Source of the DNA: a bacterium
Lineage (GTDB): Bacteria > UBP6 > JAFGXH01
Length of the DNA: 64,000 bases
Assembly (NCBI GenBank): GCA_027064085.1
Contig: JAMOQH010000126.1
Coordinates: forward strand, 5,040-69,039
Direction of reading: 5' to 3'
Shown in pieces: positions 19,273-28,878 of the stretch; within the stretch, counting starts at the first letter, position 1; every line of letters starts with the position of its first letter. Position numbers and translations under genes: made by a program. The notes beneath the pieces were generated by a model. The model ran no database searches. It saw nothing but the letters and a program-made list of their open reading frames with translations, and had not been told where the DNA came from.

Positions 19273-19564
19273 TTATTATTACTTTATCCTCATTACTTAT
19301 GTTCGTGAATTTTATACCCATTTGACCATTGTTTACCCATGCAATAATTCCTTCAGCATAAGCAACCTTATTATTTAGTTCCGGAAAATGTAAGTCTACA
19401 TATACTTCTGTTCCTACTTTTTCAAGTTGTGTTGCTATTATTTTAACTCCACCAACACTTACATCAATTATTTTCTGAAACATTAAAACTTCATTTCCTG
19501 TATAATCAATATATGCTTCACCGGATATTCGAACATGTTGTCTCTTTTGATTGTTTTCTGTCAT
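19235..19564 (-). CDS. PilZ-domain protein (c-di-GMP receptor-like)
   Basis: RQHVR (RxxxR) and DVSVGG (DxSxGG) PilZ signature motifs. Confidence 0.6.
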   Translation of the reverse strand: MTENNQKRQHVRISGEAYIDYTGNEVLMFQKIIDVSVGGVKIIATQLEKVGTEVYVDLHFPELNNKVAYAEGIIAWVNNGQMGIKFTNISNEDKVIINEFVKRQENNKK

Positions 19565-19567
19565 TTT

Positions 19568-20383
19568 TTAGTCTCCACATAGATAGAAAGGGTCATATCT
19601 TTTTATTTTTTTACAAAATTTATTTGCTTCTTTTTTATTTCCTATTAATGAATAAGTGTTTTCTATTTTTATTAATAATGAAATATTTTTATTGTTCTTT
19701 TTGTATAGACCTAGGAATACTTTAATAGCTTTATTGTAATGTTTTCTTTTTAGTAATCTTATAGCTTTCATATTTAATGCATTTTCTTCTGATGTGAAAC
19801 CTAAAGATATCTTAATCTTTCTAAGTTCTTTATTTCCAGCATCTCCTAATCCTGCAGGTAAAATAAAACTTGGTTCATTGTTTTGTGCAACATCTGAATC
19901 TTGATTATTATCTTCTGACTGAGGCATTGACTCAGGATGTCTAGGACGAGGCACCACCTCATCCTTACGAGCGAGAGCATTCTTTTTTAGATAGATGATT
20001 TCTACTTTTTCATTAGAGGCAAGATTTTGCTGTTTTATTTTTTTTACTCTTGTATAAATTTTATCATCAATCTTCAAAGAGTTGATGTTATCTTTTTTAA
20101 AGGTTACATCTCTTAAGTACTCAAATTTATCTAATTTATCCTCTTTAACAAATAATTTTAATTTTTTACCATTTATATTTCCTTTCATTAAATGATATAA
20201 AATGTATTGTTCACCTTCAAATTCTTGTTTAATTATTCTGAAAACAGATATCTCATTTTTATTTTGTGAAATAGTTGCTTTATTGCCCGATCCCATTGTA
20301 TTTACTTTCCAGTCACCAATATAAGAGTTTGAAAGTAAGATTGTTGTCAATGAGAAAAAAATTACCATTATCAAGTATTTCAT
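19568..20383 (-). CDS. Secreted hypothetical protein with a possible C-terminal TPR-like region
   Basis: N-terminal signal peptide. Acidic/Gln-rich linker. C-terminal helical repeat-like sequence. Confidence 0.35.
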   Translation of the reverse strand: MKYLIMVIFFSLTTILLSNSYIGDWKVNTMGSGNKATISQNKNEISVFRIIKQEFEGEQYILYHLMKGNINGKKLKLFVKEDKLDKFEYLRDVTFKKDNINSLKIDDKIYTRVKKIKQQNLASNEKVEIIYLKKNALARKDEVVPRPRHPESMPQSEDNNQDSDVAQNNEPSFILPAGLGDAGNKELRKIKISLGFTSEENALNMKAIRLLKRKHYNKAIKVFLGLYKKNNKNISLLIKIENTYSLIGNKKEANKFCKKIKRYDPFYLCGD

Positions 20384-20488
20384 TGCTCACTCCAAAGATA
20401 TATACCCTAATGATATCGTAATAGCTATAGAAAAATCAAATAAATTATCACAAAATGTTAAATATTGTCATTTTAAAGAAATAACTTA

Positions 20489-21223
20489 CTATTTTATAGA
20501 GTATAAAATAGTTTTTAGTTGCTTTTTAGGGATTCGAGAACCTAAAAAAGAAGCTGTGCCATTTTTGTTTTTCCATATAGCAACAGAAAAACCTTTTTTA
20601 TTTTGTATAAAATATGTTCTATTTTTAATTTTTAGTTTTTCAAATTTGGAAATGGAATCTAATTTATTTATATTTTTATATAATAACTTGTGACCTCTAT
20701 AGTGGTAATAAAGTAAGGGCTTTTTTTTATTAAAGGCCAAACCTAATGGGGTTATCTTTATTTTATTTTTATCAAATTGCAATAATTTAAATTTTTTATA
20801 GTTATGATACTTTATCCATTTTGATAGTTTTGTTTCATTATTTGACGCTATTTTTATGTCTTTTTTCAAATCTAATTTATAATCATTTGATAATGTAGAG
20901 TAGCCCATAGAAATTTTTGATATAAAAATAACTGATATAAATAGGGCTGCTATACTTGCCATTCCTTTTGTTGTAAAAAAATTGTAATTAATTGAAAATT
21001 GTTTTTTATTATTAAGAATTCTTTCTCTTAACTCAGAAGGTGCTTTTGGCATTGTTTTTTTTACTTCTGATTTTAAAAATTTATGAAATTCTGATTCATA
21101 ATTATATAAATTTCTACAAGTAACACAAGATTTTAGATGTTCTTCAACTTCCAAATACTCTTGTTCTGTAAGTTCATTATCTAGATAATTATATAGAAAC
21201 ATTTCAACCGTTTTACAATTCAT
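20489..21223 (-). CDS. Putative anti-sigma factor (zf-HC2-like N-terminus, single TM)
   Basis: N-terminal CxxC...H...C (HLKSCVTCRN) typical of ECF anti-sigma factors. Immediately downstream of the ECF sigma gene, with a 1-nt intergenic gap. Confidence 0.45.
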   Translation of the reverse strand: MNCKTVEMFLYNYLDNELTEQEYLEVEEHLKSCVTCRNLYNYESEFHKFLKSEVKKTMPKAPSELRERILNNKKQFSINYNFFTTKGMASIAALFISVIFISKISMGYSTLSNDYKLDLKKDIKIASNNETKLSKWIKYHNYKKFKLLQFDKNKIKITPLGLAFNKKKPLLYYHYRGHKLLYKNINKLDSISKFEKLKIKNRTYFIQNKKGFSVAIWKNKNGTASFLGSRIPKKQLKTILYSIK

Positions 21224-21224
21224 A

Positions 21225-21878
21225 TTATCCTACCAATTTTATAATTTTGTTGATATTTTTATTTGTTTTCTTATCTTCTTTTAATATACCCATTTCTTGA
21301 GCTCTTGCATATAATTTACTTTGAAGTTTTTTTCTTGCTCTAAATAATTGACTCATTACTGTTCCCATTGGAGCATCTATTATTTCTGAGATTTCTTTAT
21401 AGGAAAACTCATATACATCTGCATATAAAATCATCATTTTAAAGTTATCGGGAAGAGAGTCTAGTTCCTTATAAATATCTTCACCTAATTTTTTGAAAAA
21501 ATATTTATTTTCAGGAGAGCGATTTTCCTTTTTTACGCTATCTTCAAGCCAATTATAGTAAACACTTTCATTGTCGTTAAAATCCATAATTAAATTTTCT
21601 CTTCGTTTTTTTCTGTAATCATTTATAAATGTATTTGTTAGGATTCTAAACAACCATGCTTTTAGGTTTGTATCTTCTTTAAATTTTTTATAGTAGCGAA
21701 ATGCTTTTAGATATGTCTCTTGGACCAAATCAGAGGCTTTTGATTCATCTCTTGTAAATTTAAGAGCCAAGTAATATAAATTGTCCATATATCTTATCGC
21801 TTCTGTTTCAAACTTCTTTCTTTTATTATTAAACAAAATAATACCTCCTTCTATAATCAATATAAAATCAATTATCAT
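21225..21878 (-). CDS. ECF-family RNA polymerase sigma factor (sigma-70 region 2/4)
   Basis: LVQETYLKAFRYYKKF...LKAWLFRILTNTFINDYRK region-2 motif and a C-terminal region 4. The true start is probably internal (MDNLYY...). Confidence 0.7.
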   Translation of the reverse strand: MIIDFILIIEGGIILFNNKRKKFETEAIRYMDNLYYLALKFTRDESKASDLVQETYLKAFRYYKKFKEDTNLKAWLFRILTNTFINDYRKKRRENLIMDFNDNESVYYNWLEDSVKKENRSPENKYFFKKLGEDIYKELDSLPDNFKMMILYADVYEFSYKEISEIIDAPMGTVMSQLFRARKKLQSKLYARAQEMGILKEDKKTNKNINKIIKLVG

Positions 21879-21989
21879 ATAGTAAACAAAGTATGACGAT
21901 TTTTATTTCATACTCATTTATATATTAACAATAAAAAAAAAATTTGCAAGATTCTTGATTGAATGGTAAAAAGAATGTTTTAGAGTTTC

Positions 21990-22958
21990 ATGCTTAGATA
22001 TTTTTATATTTTAGTTTTTAGTTTATATTTATCTCCAAATTTATGTTTTAGTAATTTAACAGATAATAATGACCCAAAAAACATAGTCAAGAAAAAAGAT
22101 AATATCTTTATTTTAAGTAGTAGTAGAAATACAATTAATAATTTATTTAAATATTCAATACAAGGAATGGATTATTTATTTTCATTTGGTTATGGTTATA
22201 ATTCAGATAAAACTTCTTATATAGATTTTAAAATAGGTCCATTATTTGAAAAGTATAGTGATGAAATTTATAATTGGGATATCAATGCGAATATAATACT
22301 ACCAAATACAGAAAAAAGATTTCACTTGTTTATGAATAATCTGGAAACAAAATCTGATAATACGAGTTATTCTAAGTCTAAGGATATGGAAAAAAAACAA
22401 ACATTTATTTTAGGTTTACAATTTACTAAAACTTTTTTTAGTTATTTTACTCCGGGTATTTCACTTGGAGCAAAATTTAATTCATTTTATCCTGACCCTT
22501 TTTTAAGATCTTCTTTAAGAATAAAAATAAATCCAAGTAAAAGTTGGAGTATTAAATTAGGCGATTCTTTATATTATTTTTACTTTTATAAAATAGAAAA
22601 TAAAGCTTATTTAAATTTAACTTACTCAATTAACAAGAGAACTGAAATTATAAATTACAATAATTATCGTTATCGGGAGTATTTTAAATTACATGAAATA
22701 AAAAATGGACTAGGAATTTATCATATAATTTCTAGAACAATGATGCTAAATTATGAAATGGAAGTTTTAAGAAAAAAAGATAGGTTATTTTCTCTTGATA
22801 TCTCATACTATTATATAGGTTCAACATTTAAGCATATTTTTTATAGTGATTGGTTATATTATGAACTGAAGCCGGGATTTTATTTCAAGACAGAAAATAA
22901 TTTTAATATTAGTCCAAGAATTTTACTATATTTTGGTATTATTTTCAGGAGTGAATAA
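21990..22958 (+). CDS. Hypothetical outer-membrane beta-barrel-like protein (Tyr/Asn-rich)
   Basis: Signal peptide. Alternating hydrophobic pattern and aromatic-rich strands. Confidence 0.35.
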   Translation: MLRYFYILVFSLYLSPNLCFSNLTDNNDPKNIVKKKDNIFILSSSRNTINNLFKYSIQGMDYLFSFGYGYNSDKTSYIDFKIGPLFEKYSDEIYNWDINANIILPNTEKRFHLFMNNLETKSDNTSYSKSKDMEKKQTFILGLQFTKTFFSYFTPGISLGAKFNSFYPDPFLRSSLRIKINPSKSWSIKLGDSLYYFYFYKIENKAYLNLTYSINKRTEIINYNNYRYREYFKLHEIKNGLGIYHIISRTMMLNYEMEVLRKKDRLFSLDISYYYIGSTFKHIFYSDWLYYELKPGFYFKTENNFNISPRILLYFGIIFRSE

Positions 22959-23019
22959 AAATATTGAATTAATTGTTAAGAAATACTATATTCAACTATA
23001 GTTTTTTATTGGAGTATTT

Positions 23020-23256
23020 ATGGAGAAGAAAGAGATTTTCAACAAAGTTAAAGAGATTTTTAAAATTGAATTTACTGATTATAATAAGGAGATAACAATG
23101 AATACAACTTTTGATGATATAAAGGGGTATGAATTAAATAAAAAAGAATTCCTTTTACAAGTAGAGGAGTTTTTTGAAATTAAAATTGCTCCTAGAAATT
23201 TAGTTAAAATTAATATGATAAAAGATTTAGTTGAACATTTATATAGAATTGTTTAA
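23020..23256 (+). CDS. Small acyl-carrier-protein-like protein lacking the conserved phosphopantetheine-attachment Ser
   Basis: 78 aa. Helix pattern ...FDDIKGYELNKKEFLLQVEEFFEIKI parallels the ACP ...[24 protein letters not shown], but with no DSL serine. Confidence 0.3.
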   Translation: MEKKEIFNKVKEIFKIEFTDYNKEITMNTTFDDIKGYELNKKEFLLQVEEFFEIKIAPRNLVKINMIKDLVEHLYRIV

Positions 23257-23257
23257 T

Positions 23258-24136
23258 TTACTCTTCTTTACTTTCTAAATCTTCTTTTTTTCTAAATTTT
23301 TCAAGTAATATAACAAGAAAGATACTAAATAAATAAAGAATTATTAATGGTGCTGCCATTAACACTTGAGACATTATATCGGGTGGCGTTAATACTGCTG
23401 CTGTTAAAAAAATTAAAACTAATGCAAATTTAAAAAACTTAATTAACCCTCTTGATGAAATGATTCTCAAAAAAGCTAACATTAATAAAACAAGTGGTAA
23501 TTCAAAAATAATACCAAAACCGAGAAGCATTTTTGAAAATATTTTAAAGTATGCATCCATGGTTAATATTGGTGTTAAACCTGTTTTTGCAAAGCTTAAC
23601 GCAAAATCAATTATAAATGGAAAAACCAAGAAATAACCACTTAATGCTCCTCCAACAAATAAGATTGTTGCAAATATTACTATAGGTATAATAAAATGAG
23701 ATTCACTTTCTTTAAAAGCAGGAGCAAAAAAACGCCACATAAAATAGAATATAAATGGAAACGATATGAATAATCCTGTCAATAGTGCAACTTTTAAATA
23801 TATTAAAAATGGTTCAAATGGACCTTGGTAATACAAAGGGGATTTCTCAACAACAGAACCTAAATGTAATTGTATGGTATGAGCAATATTTGTTAATTCT
23901 GCTTTAGGTAAACTAGGAGAAATTTTATGTAGTAATGATACTAAATCAATTTCTGTTAAAGGCTTTGTGTTTAATTGAGGGAAATGTGCATCAATAGGCT
24001 TTCTTAATATATTGAATATATCCTCAGCCCAACTCCACGATATTAAAAATCCTACTAATAACGATAGAGATGAATACTTTAATGCCTTTCTTAAATCTTT
24101 GAGATGTTCTGTAAATGTGAGCTCTTGATCTCTCAA
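23258..24136 (-). CDS. tatC: Twin-arginine translocase subunit TatC
   Basis: TFTEHLKDLRKAL N-terminal motif and six TM segments. Confidence 0.8.
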   Translation of the reverse strand: MRDQELTFTEHLKDLRKALKYSSLSLLVGFLISWSWAEDIFNILRKPIDAHFPQLNTKPLTEIDLVSLLHKISPSLPKAELTNIAHTIQLHLGSVVEKSPLYYQGPFEPFLIYLKVALLTGLFISFPFIFYFMWRFFAPAFKESESHFIIPIVIFATILFVGGALSGYFLVFPFIIDFALSFAKTGLTPILTMDAYFKIFSKMLLGFGIIFELPLVLLMLAFLRIISSRGLIKFFKFALVLIFLTAAVLTPPDIMSQVLMAAPLIILYLFSIFLVILLEKFRKKEDLESKEE

Positions 24137-24137
24137 C

Positions 24138-24407
24138 TTACTTTCTTATACCTAAATCCTTGATTAACTTTTGGTATCTTTCATTAGATTTACCTTTTAA
24201 ATAAGTAAGAAGTTTTTTTCTTTTTGCAATCATTTTAAACAAACCTTGACGAGAATGATAATCGTGCTTATGTAATTTAAAATGTTCTGTTAATATTTTT
24301 ATCTTAGTTGTTAATATAGCAACTTGAACTTCTGGTGAACCTGTATCACCTTCATGTTGTTTAAAGTGATTAATGATAATTTCTTTTTCTTCTCTTAACA
24401 ATGCCAT
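24138..24407 (-). CDS. rpsO: 30S ribosomal protein S15
   Basis: 89 aa. [37 protein letters not shown]. Confidence 0.9.
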   Translation of the reverse strand: MALLREEKEIIINHFKQHEGDTGSPEVQVAILTTKIKILTEHFKLHKHDYHSRQGLFKMIAKRKKLLTYLKGKSNERYQKLIKDLGIRK

Positions 24408-24442
24408 TTGTACTCTCCATATATTCTACAAACAAGACCCGT

Positions 24443-24471
24443 AATATAATCTATTTGTATTAAATTGTCAA
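24443..24471 (-). promoter_or_regulatory. Sigma70-type promoter for rpsO (TTGACA-N17-TATATT)
   Basis: On the minus strand: -35 TTGACA (24471-24466), a 17-nt spacer, -10 TATATT (24448-24443). ~35 nt upstream of the ATG. Confidence 0.45.
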
Positions 24472-24678
24472 GAGTAATTATACAAAAGTTAAACAAATTT
24501 TAAGTTTCAGTTACAAATATCAAACAAGTGATATACTAAAAACCAGTAAAACGCTGTAATTTGCTTAACTTTTCAAGTGAAAATGCGATAAGAGAGAGTA
24601 TATGTATTCACTTTGGTGAGCAGTTGAACGACAGTATAAAAGACAAATTTATTTGGCTTTTATACTCAAACACTATCC

Positions 24679-25320
24679 TTAATCCATATATAAAATATAT
24701 TTATAAAGTAACATAAATTGAGCCAAACTACCTAGTAATACAAAAATATGCCATAATTCATGAAAACCAAAATATTTAAAATCAGGTTTTTTAATTGTAT
24801 AAATTATTGCTCCAATAGAATAAAATGCTCCTTCTATTAAAAGCCAATCTAATGCACCGCTTGAAATGGACTTAGATAAAGGGTAAATCGCAATAAGTAC
24901 AAGCCAACCCATAAATAAGTAAAGCCCAACATATAACTTTCTAGGCATATCTAGCCAAAATAATTTTAAAAATAATCCTATAATTGTGATTCCCCACGCT
25001 ACACCAAATAAGCTCCATCCCCAAGCTCCTTTTAAGCCAATTAAGGTGATAGGAGTATAACTTCCTGCTATCATTACAAAAATCATAATGTGATCAATTT
25101 TTCTTAAAGTTTTTAATGTTTTAGCACCTACACTTGCCCAATGATAAACTGTACTAGATGTGTAAAGCATAATCATACTTGCTGAAAATATAGAAAATGA
25201 TACAACATGTAAGGTTTTCCCCATTTTTACAGCAGGAACTACTAATATAGGCAAAGAGGCTATCGCAAACAGTATTCCAATAAAATGTGTTGCTCCATTC
25301 ATCGGCTCTCTTAACTTCAT
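24679..25320 (-). CDS. Hemolysin III / PAQR-family channel protein
   Basis: 213 aa, 7 TM segments. Conserved HW...H motifs (YHWASVG, HELWHIFVL). Confidence 0.7.
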   Translation of the reverse strand: MKLREPMNGATHFIGILFAIASLPILVVPAVKMGKTLHVVSFSIFSASMIMLYTSSTVYHWASVGAKTLKTLRKIDHIMIFVMIAGSYTPITLIGLKGAWGWSLFGVAWGITIIGLFLKLFWLDMPRKLYVGLYLFMGWLVLIAIYPLSKSISSGALDWLLIEGAFYSIGAIIYTIKKPDFKYFGFHELWHIFVLLGSLAQFMLLYKYILYMD

Positions 25321-25518
25321 AAATATCTCTCAAAATAAATAAACAATACCATTAAAATTATATTAATACTATTTAACAATATGTCAATAAAAAAGATTGA
25401 TTTATTCAATAAAACTTCCCTAAAACTCAGGATTTATACTTTTCTTATAGATTATTGTAAAAAAAGATTGATTTATTATATAAAATTTTATATAATAACG
25501 AGTTTTAATGGAGGGATA

Positions 25519-25806
25519 ATGGCAAGAGTAACTGTAGAAGACTGCCTAGTGAAAATACCAAATAGATTTGCATTAGTAATTCTTGCAACACAAAGAACAA
25601 GAATGTTGCTTAGAGGAGCTGATCCAAAAATTGAAAGTGATAATAAATTTCCTGTTATTGCTCTTAGAGAAATCGCAGCAGGTTATGTAAGATTTACAAG
25701 AGATGTAGAAGAAGAATTAAAAGAAACATTTGATGAATTTAAAATCTCTTATTACTACCCAAAAGAAAAGAATACCGATGAAGTTTCAGGATTAACTCTT
25801 ATTTAG
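25519..25806 (+). CDS. rpoZ: DNA-directed RNA polymerase omega subunit
   Basis: [30 protein letters not shown]. Preceded by a GGAGGG Shine-Dalgarno. The track ORF start at 25381 adds 46 low-complexity residues and is probably not the real start. Confidence 0.75.
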   Translation: MARVTVEDCLVKIPNRFALVILATQRTRMLLRGADPKIESDNKFPVIALREIAAGYVRFTRDVEEELKETFDEFKISYYYPKEKNTDEVSGLTLI

Positions 25807-26758
25807 TATTTTCTATTTTTATTTTTAAATAATTTGCAATTTCAGTATTATTTTCGTCTATAGCAATTTCAAAACTATTTTTTCCATTATTATTTTCTTG
25901 TGTAATATCAGCACCAGATTCAACAAGTACTTTTACTATTTCAAGGTTTTTGCTCATTACTGCACTCATTAAAGCGGTCCAGTTGAAGTTCGTTTTAGTG
26001 TTTACATTTGCTCCATAACCTAGAATAAGCATTACTGCATCGAGTTTTCCTGATTTAGCAGCACTCATTAATGTAGTCCAACCATCTCTATTTTGGGAGT
26101 TCATTTTTATACCTATAGAGTCTAAAAATGTCATCATTTCAATATTTCCTTTTTCTGAAGCAATTATCATTAAATTTGATTTGTTTTTATTTTTTCTCCA
26201 AAATTTAGGCATTTTAGTTTTAATATATTTAAGTATCTCTAAATTACCTCCTAACACAGCAAATTGAATTATTGTATAACCTTCATATAATCCTTCTTCT
26301 ATTTTAAATTTGATATGAACTTTATAGGTTTCTATTAATTTTTTGAAATTTTTATAATCCCCATTTTCTGTAACTATTGAAATTAAATTTCTACCATTAA
26401 AGTTAAATTTATTAAGTTTTGCTTTATTTTTTAATAATTCATTAAAAACTTTATATCTTTTATTTAAATAAGCAATTATTATTGGTGTATTATCTAAAGA
26501 ATCAGGTTCATTAATATCATTTATTTTATTTTTTATTAACCATATAGAAATATCATCGTAACCTTTTCTTATGGAATATATTAAAAAACTATCTGTTTTA
26601 TTTATTTTTTTATTTAACTTATAACCTTTTTGGTGAAATTCTTTTAAATCTTGTAAACGCCCTCTTTCTATTGCTTCAAGAGGTGTTTTAGCTTTACAAG
26701 ATGATAATATAATTAATAATATTATTAAAAATATATATAAGATTCTTTTAATTTTCAT
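25799..26758 (-). CDS. Ankyrin-repeat lipoprotein (319 aa)
   Basis: Lipobox ILSSCKA followed by 6-7 ANK repeats. Confidence 0.75.
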   Translation of the reverse strand: MKIKRILYIFLIILLIILSSCKAKTPLEAIERGRLQDLKEFHQKGYKLNKKINKTDSFLIYSIRKGYDDISIWLIKNKINDINEPDSLDNTPIIIAYLNKRYKVFNELLKNKAKLNKFNFNGRNLISIVTENGDYKNFKKLIETYKVHIKFKIEEGLYEGYTIIQFAVLGGNLEILKYIKTKMPKFWRKNKNKSNLMIIASEKGNIEMMTFLDSIGIKMNSQNRDGWTTLMSAAKSGKLDAVMLILGYGANVNTKTNFNWTALMSAVMSKNLEIVKVLVESGADITQENNNGKNSFEIAIDENNTEIANYLKIKIENTK

Positions 26759-26765
26759 AACAACC

Positions 26766-27308
26766 TTAAAAATAAGTTCCTATACCTATATAATAATTAA
26801 GGTACAAACTAGTTGTATTTTTACCATTTATTAAGAAACTAGTAAAGTTATTATATGTATAAAGCCTTAATAAATTAAATAAAGAGAATTCTATACCTAT
26901 AGAGATAGATATTCCTAAGTCAAAATATGGATAAAGAGCTGTTTTTAACTCTAGCTTTGTATATAAAATTTCATATAATCTAAGCTTGTATCCCATTTCT
27001 ATTGTTGTTAAGGAGTTTATAATGTTATAGTTTACTTGCCCCGTTAATCCATTATAAAATAAGAAGTATTTATCAATTCCTATAGAAATTTTATCTACAT
27101 TAAATGAGAATTTACTATTATTTAAGTTGTTCCAAACCCAAATGCTTCCTCCTAGAGATGTATTTATTTGAATTCTATTTGTTAAGTCACTGATTTTAAG
27201 TGTGTTAAATTTTCTTATTTCTGGTTTAGGTATTTTATTTTCAGTGTATTTAGATAATAAGGGAGAGGAAAATATAAGAAATATAAAAAATATAAAAAAT
27301 TTATTCAT
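26766..27308 (-). CDS. Small outer-membrane-like beta-barrel protein (hypothetical), first of a tandem pair
   Basis: Signal peptide. Tyr/Asn/Gly-rich amphipathic strands. C-terminal aromatic residue. Confidence 0.35.
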   Translation of the reverse strand: MNKFFIFFIFLIFSSPLLSKYTENKIPKPEIRKFNTLKISDLTNRIQINTSLGGSIWVWNNLNNSKFSFNVDKISIGIDKYFLFYNGLTGQVNYNIINSLTTIEMGYKLRLYEILYTKLELKTALYPYFDLGISISIGIEFSLFNLLRLYTYNNFTSFLINGKNTTSLYLNYYIGIGTYF

Positions 27309-27796
27309 TAAAATTCTATCCTTATAAAAAAAACTCCACTTATTGACACTGCAATATATTTATTGGTTCCAATAAATGTATAAACAGAAGCTTCAGTACC
27401 AATTTTTAGTCTTTTCCATATATTGTAGGCATGAAATAGTGCTCCTCCATAAGCTCTAAAATAAATCAAATGATTTAAATTGTTATCATTTAGCATATAA
27501 TAACCTCCTCCATAACCAATAAAAGGATGAATATCAAAAAAATAAAATTCATACATCCAAGATAGTTCTAGTTGTATCTTTGATAATTTATTAAATTCAA
27601 AATTAGTAGAAATATTACTCTTAATATATAAGTTTTTACCTATATCAAAATTAAAAATTAATCCATTATGTATATTTTTGTAATCTTCAGTTTTTAGAGT
27701 CCTTATGTATGTCATTTCTGAATCAAAAGAAACCCAGTTTTTTGAAAAGATATTTATTGTAGCTGTAAATATAATTAAATATATAAATATTTTCAT
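27308..27796 (-). CDS. Small outer-membrane-like beta-barrel protein (hypothetical), second of a tandem pair
   Basis: Signal peptide. Tyr/Gly-rich, ends in F. Confidence 0.35.
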   Translation of the reverse strand: MKIFIYLIIFTATINIFSKNWVSFDSEMTYIRTLKTEDYKNIHNGLIFNFDIGKNLYIKSNISTNFEFNKLSKIQLELSWMYEFYFFDIHPFIGYGGGYYMLNDNNLNHLIYFRAYGGALFHAYNIWKRLKIGTEASVYTFIGTNKYIAVSISGVFFIRIEF

Positions 27797-28878
27797 TTAT
27801 CTATGTATTCTAGAACTTTTTTTAAAATTATTTCTTCTGTTTTTTGTTTAGGTAGTAAATCAAAGCTAGATTTCATTTCAGAATATTTTTCAGGAGAATT
27901 TTTTAATTCCATGATTTTACTGATTAGAATATCAGGAGTTAAATCTTTTTCTTCTATCATAATAGCTGAATTACTATCCACTAATTCTCGTGCATTTAAA
28001 ACTTGATGATTATCCGTAGCTTGTGGAAACGGTATTAAAATAGATGGTTTTTTAACTAGTTTTAATTCAGAAAGAGTAGTCGCTCCAGCTCTGCATATAA
28101 TTAAGTCTGCATTATTATAAGCAGTTGACATATCCTCTATAAATGTTGTTAATTCGATGTTTTCGGCTTTAGGATTAAATTTAGAGTATAATTCTCTAGT
28201 TTTGTCATAGGTGTATTTACCTGTTTGGTGAATGATATTAAAATCTTTTAAGTTAGGAGATGCTTCTGCAATAATTTCATTTATTTTTCTAGCTCCTTGA
28301 CTTCCACCAAATATTAAAATATTTTTGATTTCACTGTTACTTTTTTTTATTTCTATTTCTCTGATTGCTTTTCTTACTGGATTTCCACTAAATACAATTT
28401 TTTCTTTTTTAAAAAATTTATGTGAATATTCAAATGTTGTAAAAATATTATTTACAAACTTACTTAATATTTTGTTGGTAATACCTGGAACGGAGTTTTG
28501 TTCAAAGATAAATGTAGGATATTTCTCCATCCATGCAGATATTAATGCTGGCCCCGATGCATAACCTCCTAAACCAATAACAGCATCAGGAACAAAATTA
28601 TTTATTATTTCTTTGGATTTAAATATAGAACTTGGGATTTTAAATAAATTTTTTATAGTATTTTTTTTACTTGTACCTTTTATTCCGCCAATATCAATTA
28701 ACTCTAATTTAAAATTTGTTGCAGGAACTTTTTCCACTTCAATACCTTTTTTAGTTCCTATGAATAAAATATCTACATTTGTTAGGTTTTCTTTGAGATA
28801 GTTGGCAAATGCCAAGCCTGGAAATAGGTGGCCACCTGTTCCTCCTCCTGCAAAAATGAATCTATAATTTTTTTTCAT
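27793..28878 (-). CDS. murG: UDP-N-acetylglucosamine--N-acetylmuramyl-(pentapeptide) pyrophosphoryl-undecaprenol N-acetylglucosamine transferase
   Basis: FAGGGTGGHLFPGLAFANYL N-terminal G-loop plus a GT28 C-terminal domain. Confidence 0.85.
   Translation of the reverse strand: MKKNYRFIFAGGGTGGHLFPGLAFANYLKENLTNVDILFIGTKKGIEVEKVPATNFKLELIDIGGIKGTSKKNTIKNLFKIPSSIFKSKEIINNFVPDAVIGLGGYASGPALISAWMEKYPTFIFEQNSVPGITNKILSKFVNNIFTTFEYSHKFFKKEKIVFSGNPVRKAIREIEIKKSNSEIKNILIFGGSQGARKINEIIAEASPNLKDFNIIHQTGKYTYDKTRELYSKFNPKAENIELTTFIEDMSTAYNNADLIICRAGATTLSELKLVKKPSILIPFPQATDNHQVLNARELVDSNSAIMIEEKDLTPDILISKIMELKNSPEKYSEMKSSFDLLPKQKTEEIILKKVLEYIDK

Noticed and set aside
25381-25518. 46-aa N-terminal extension of the rpoZ ORF ([22 protein letters not shown]...)
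   Set aside because: Low-complexity, with no Shine-Dalgarno. A GGAGGG sits just upstream of the internal ATG at 25519, which begins the conserved omega-subunit sequence, so the extension is not translated.
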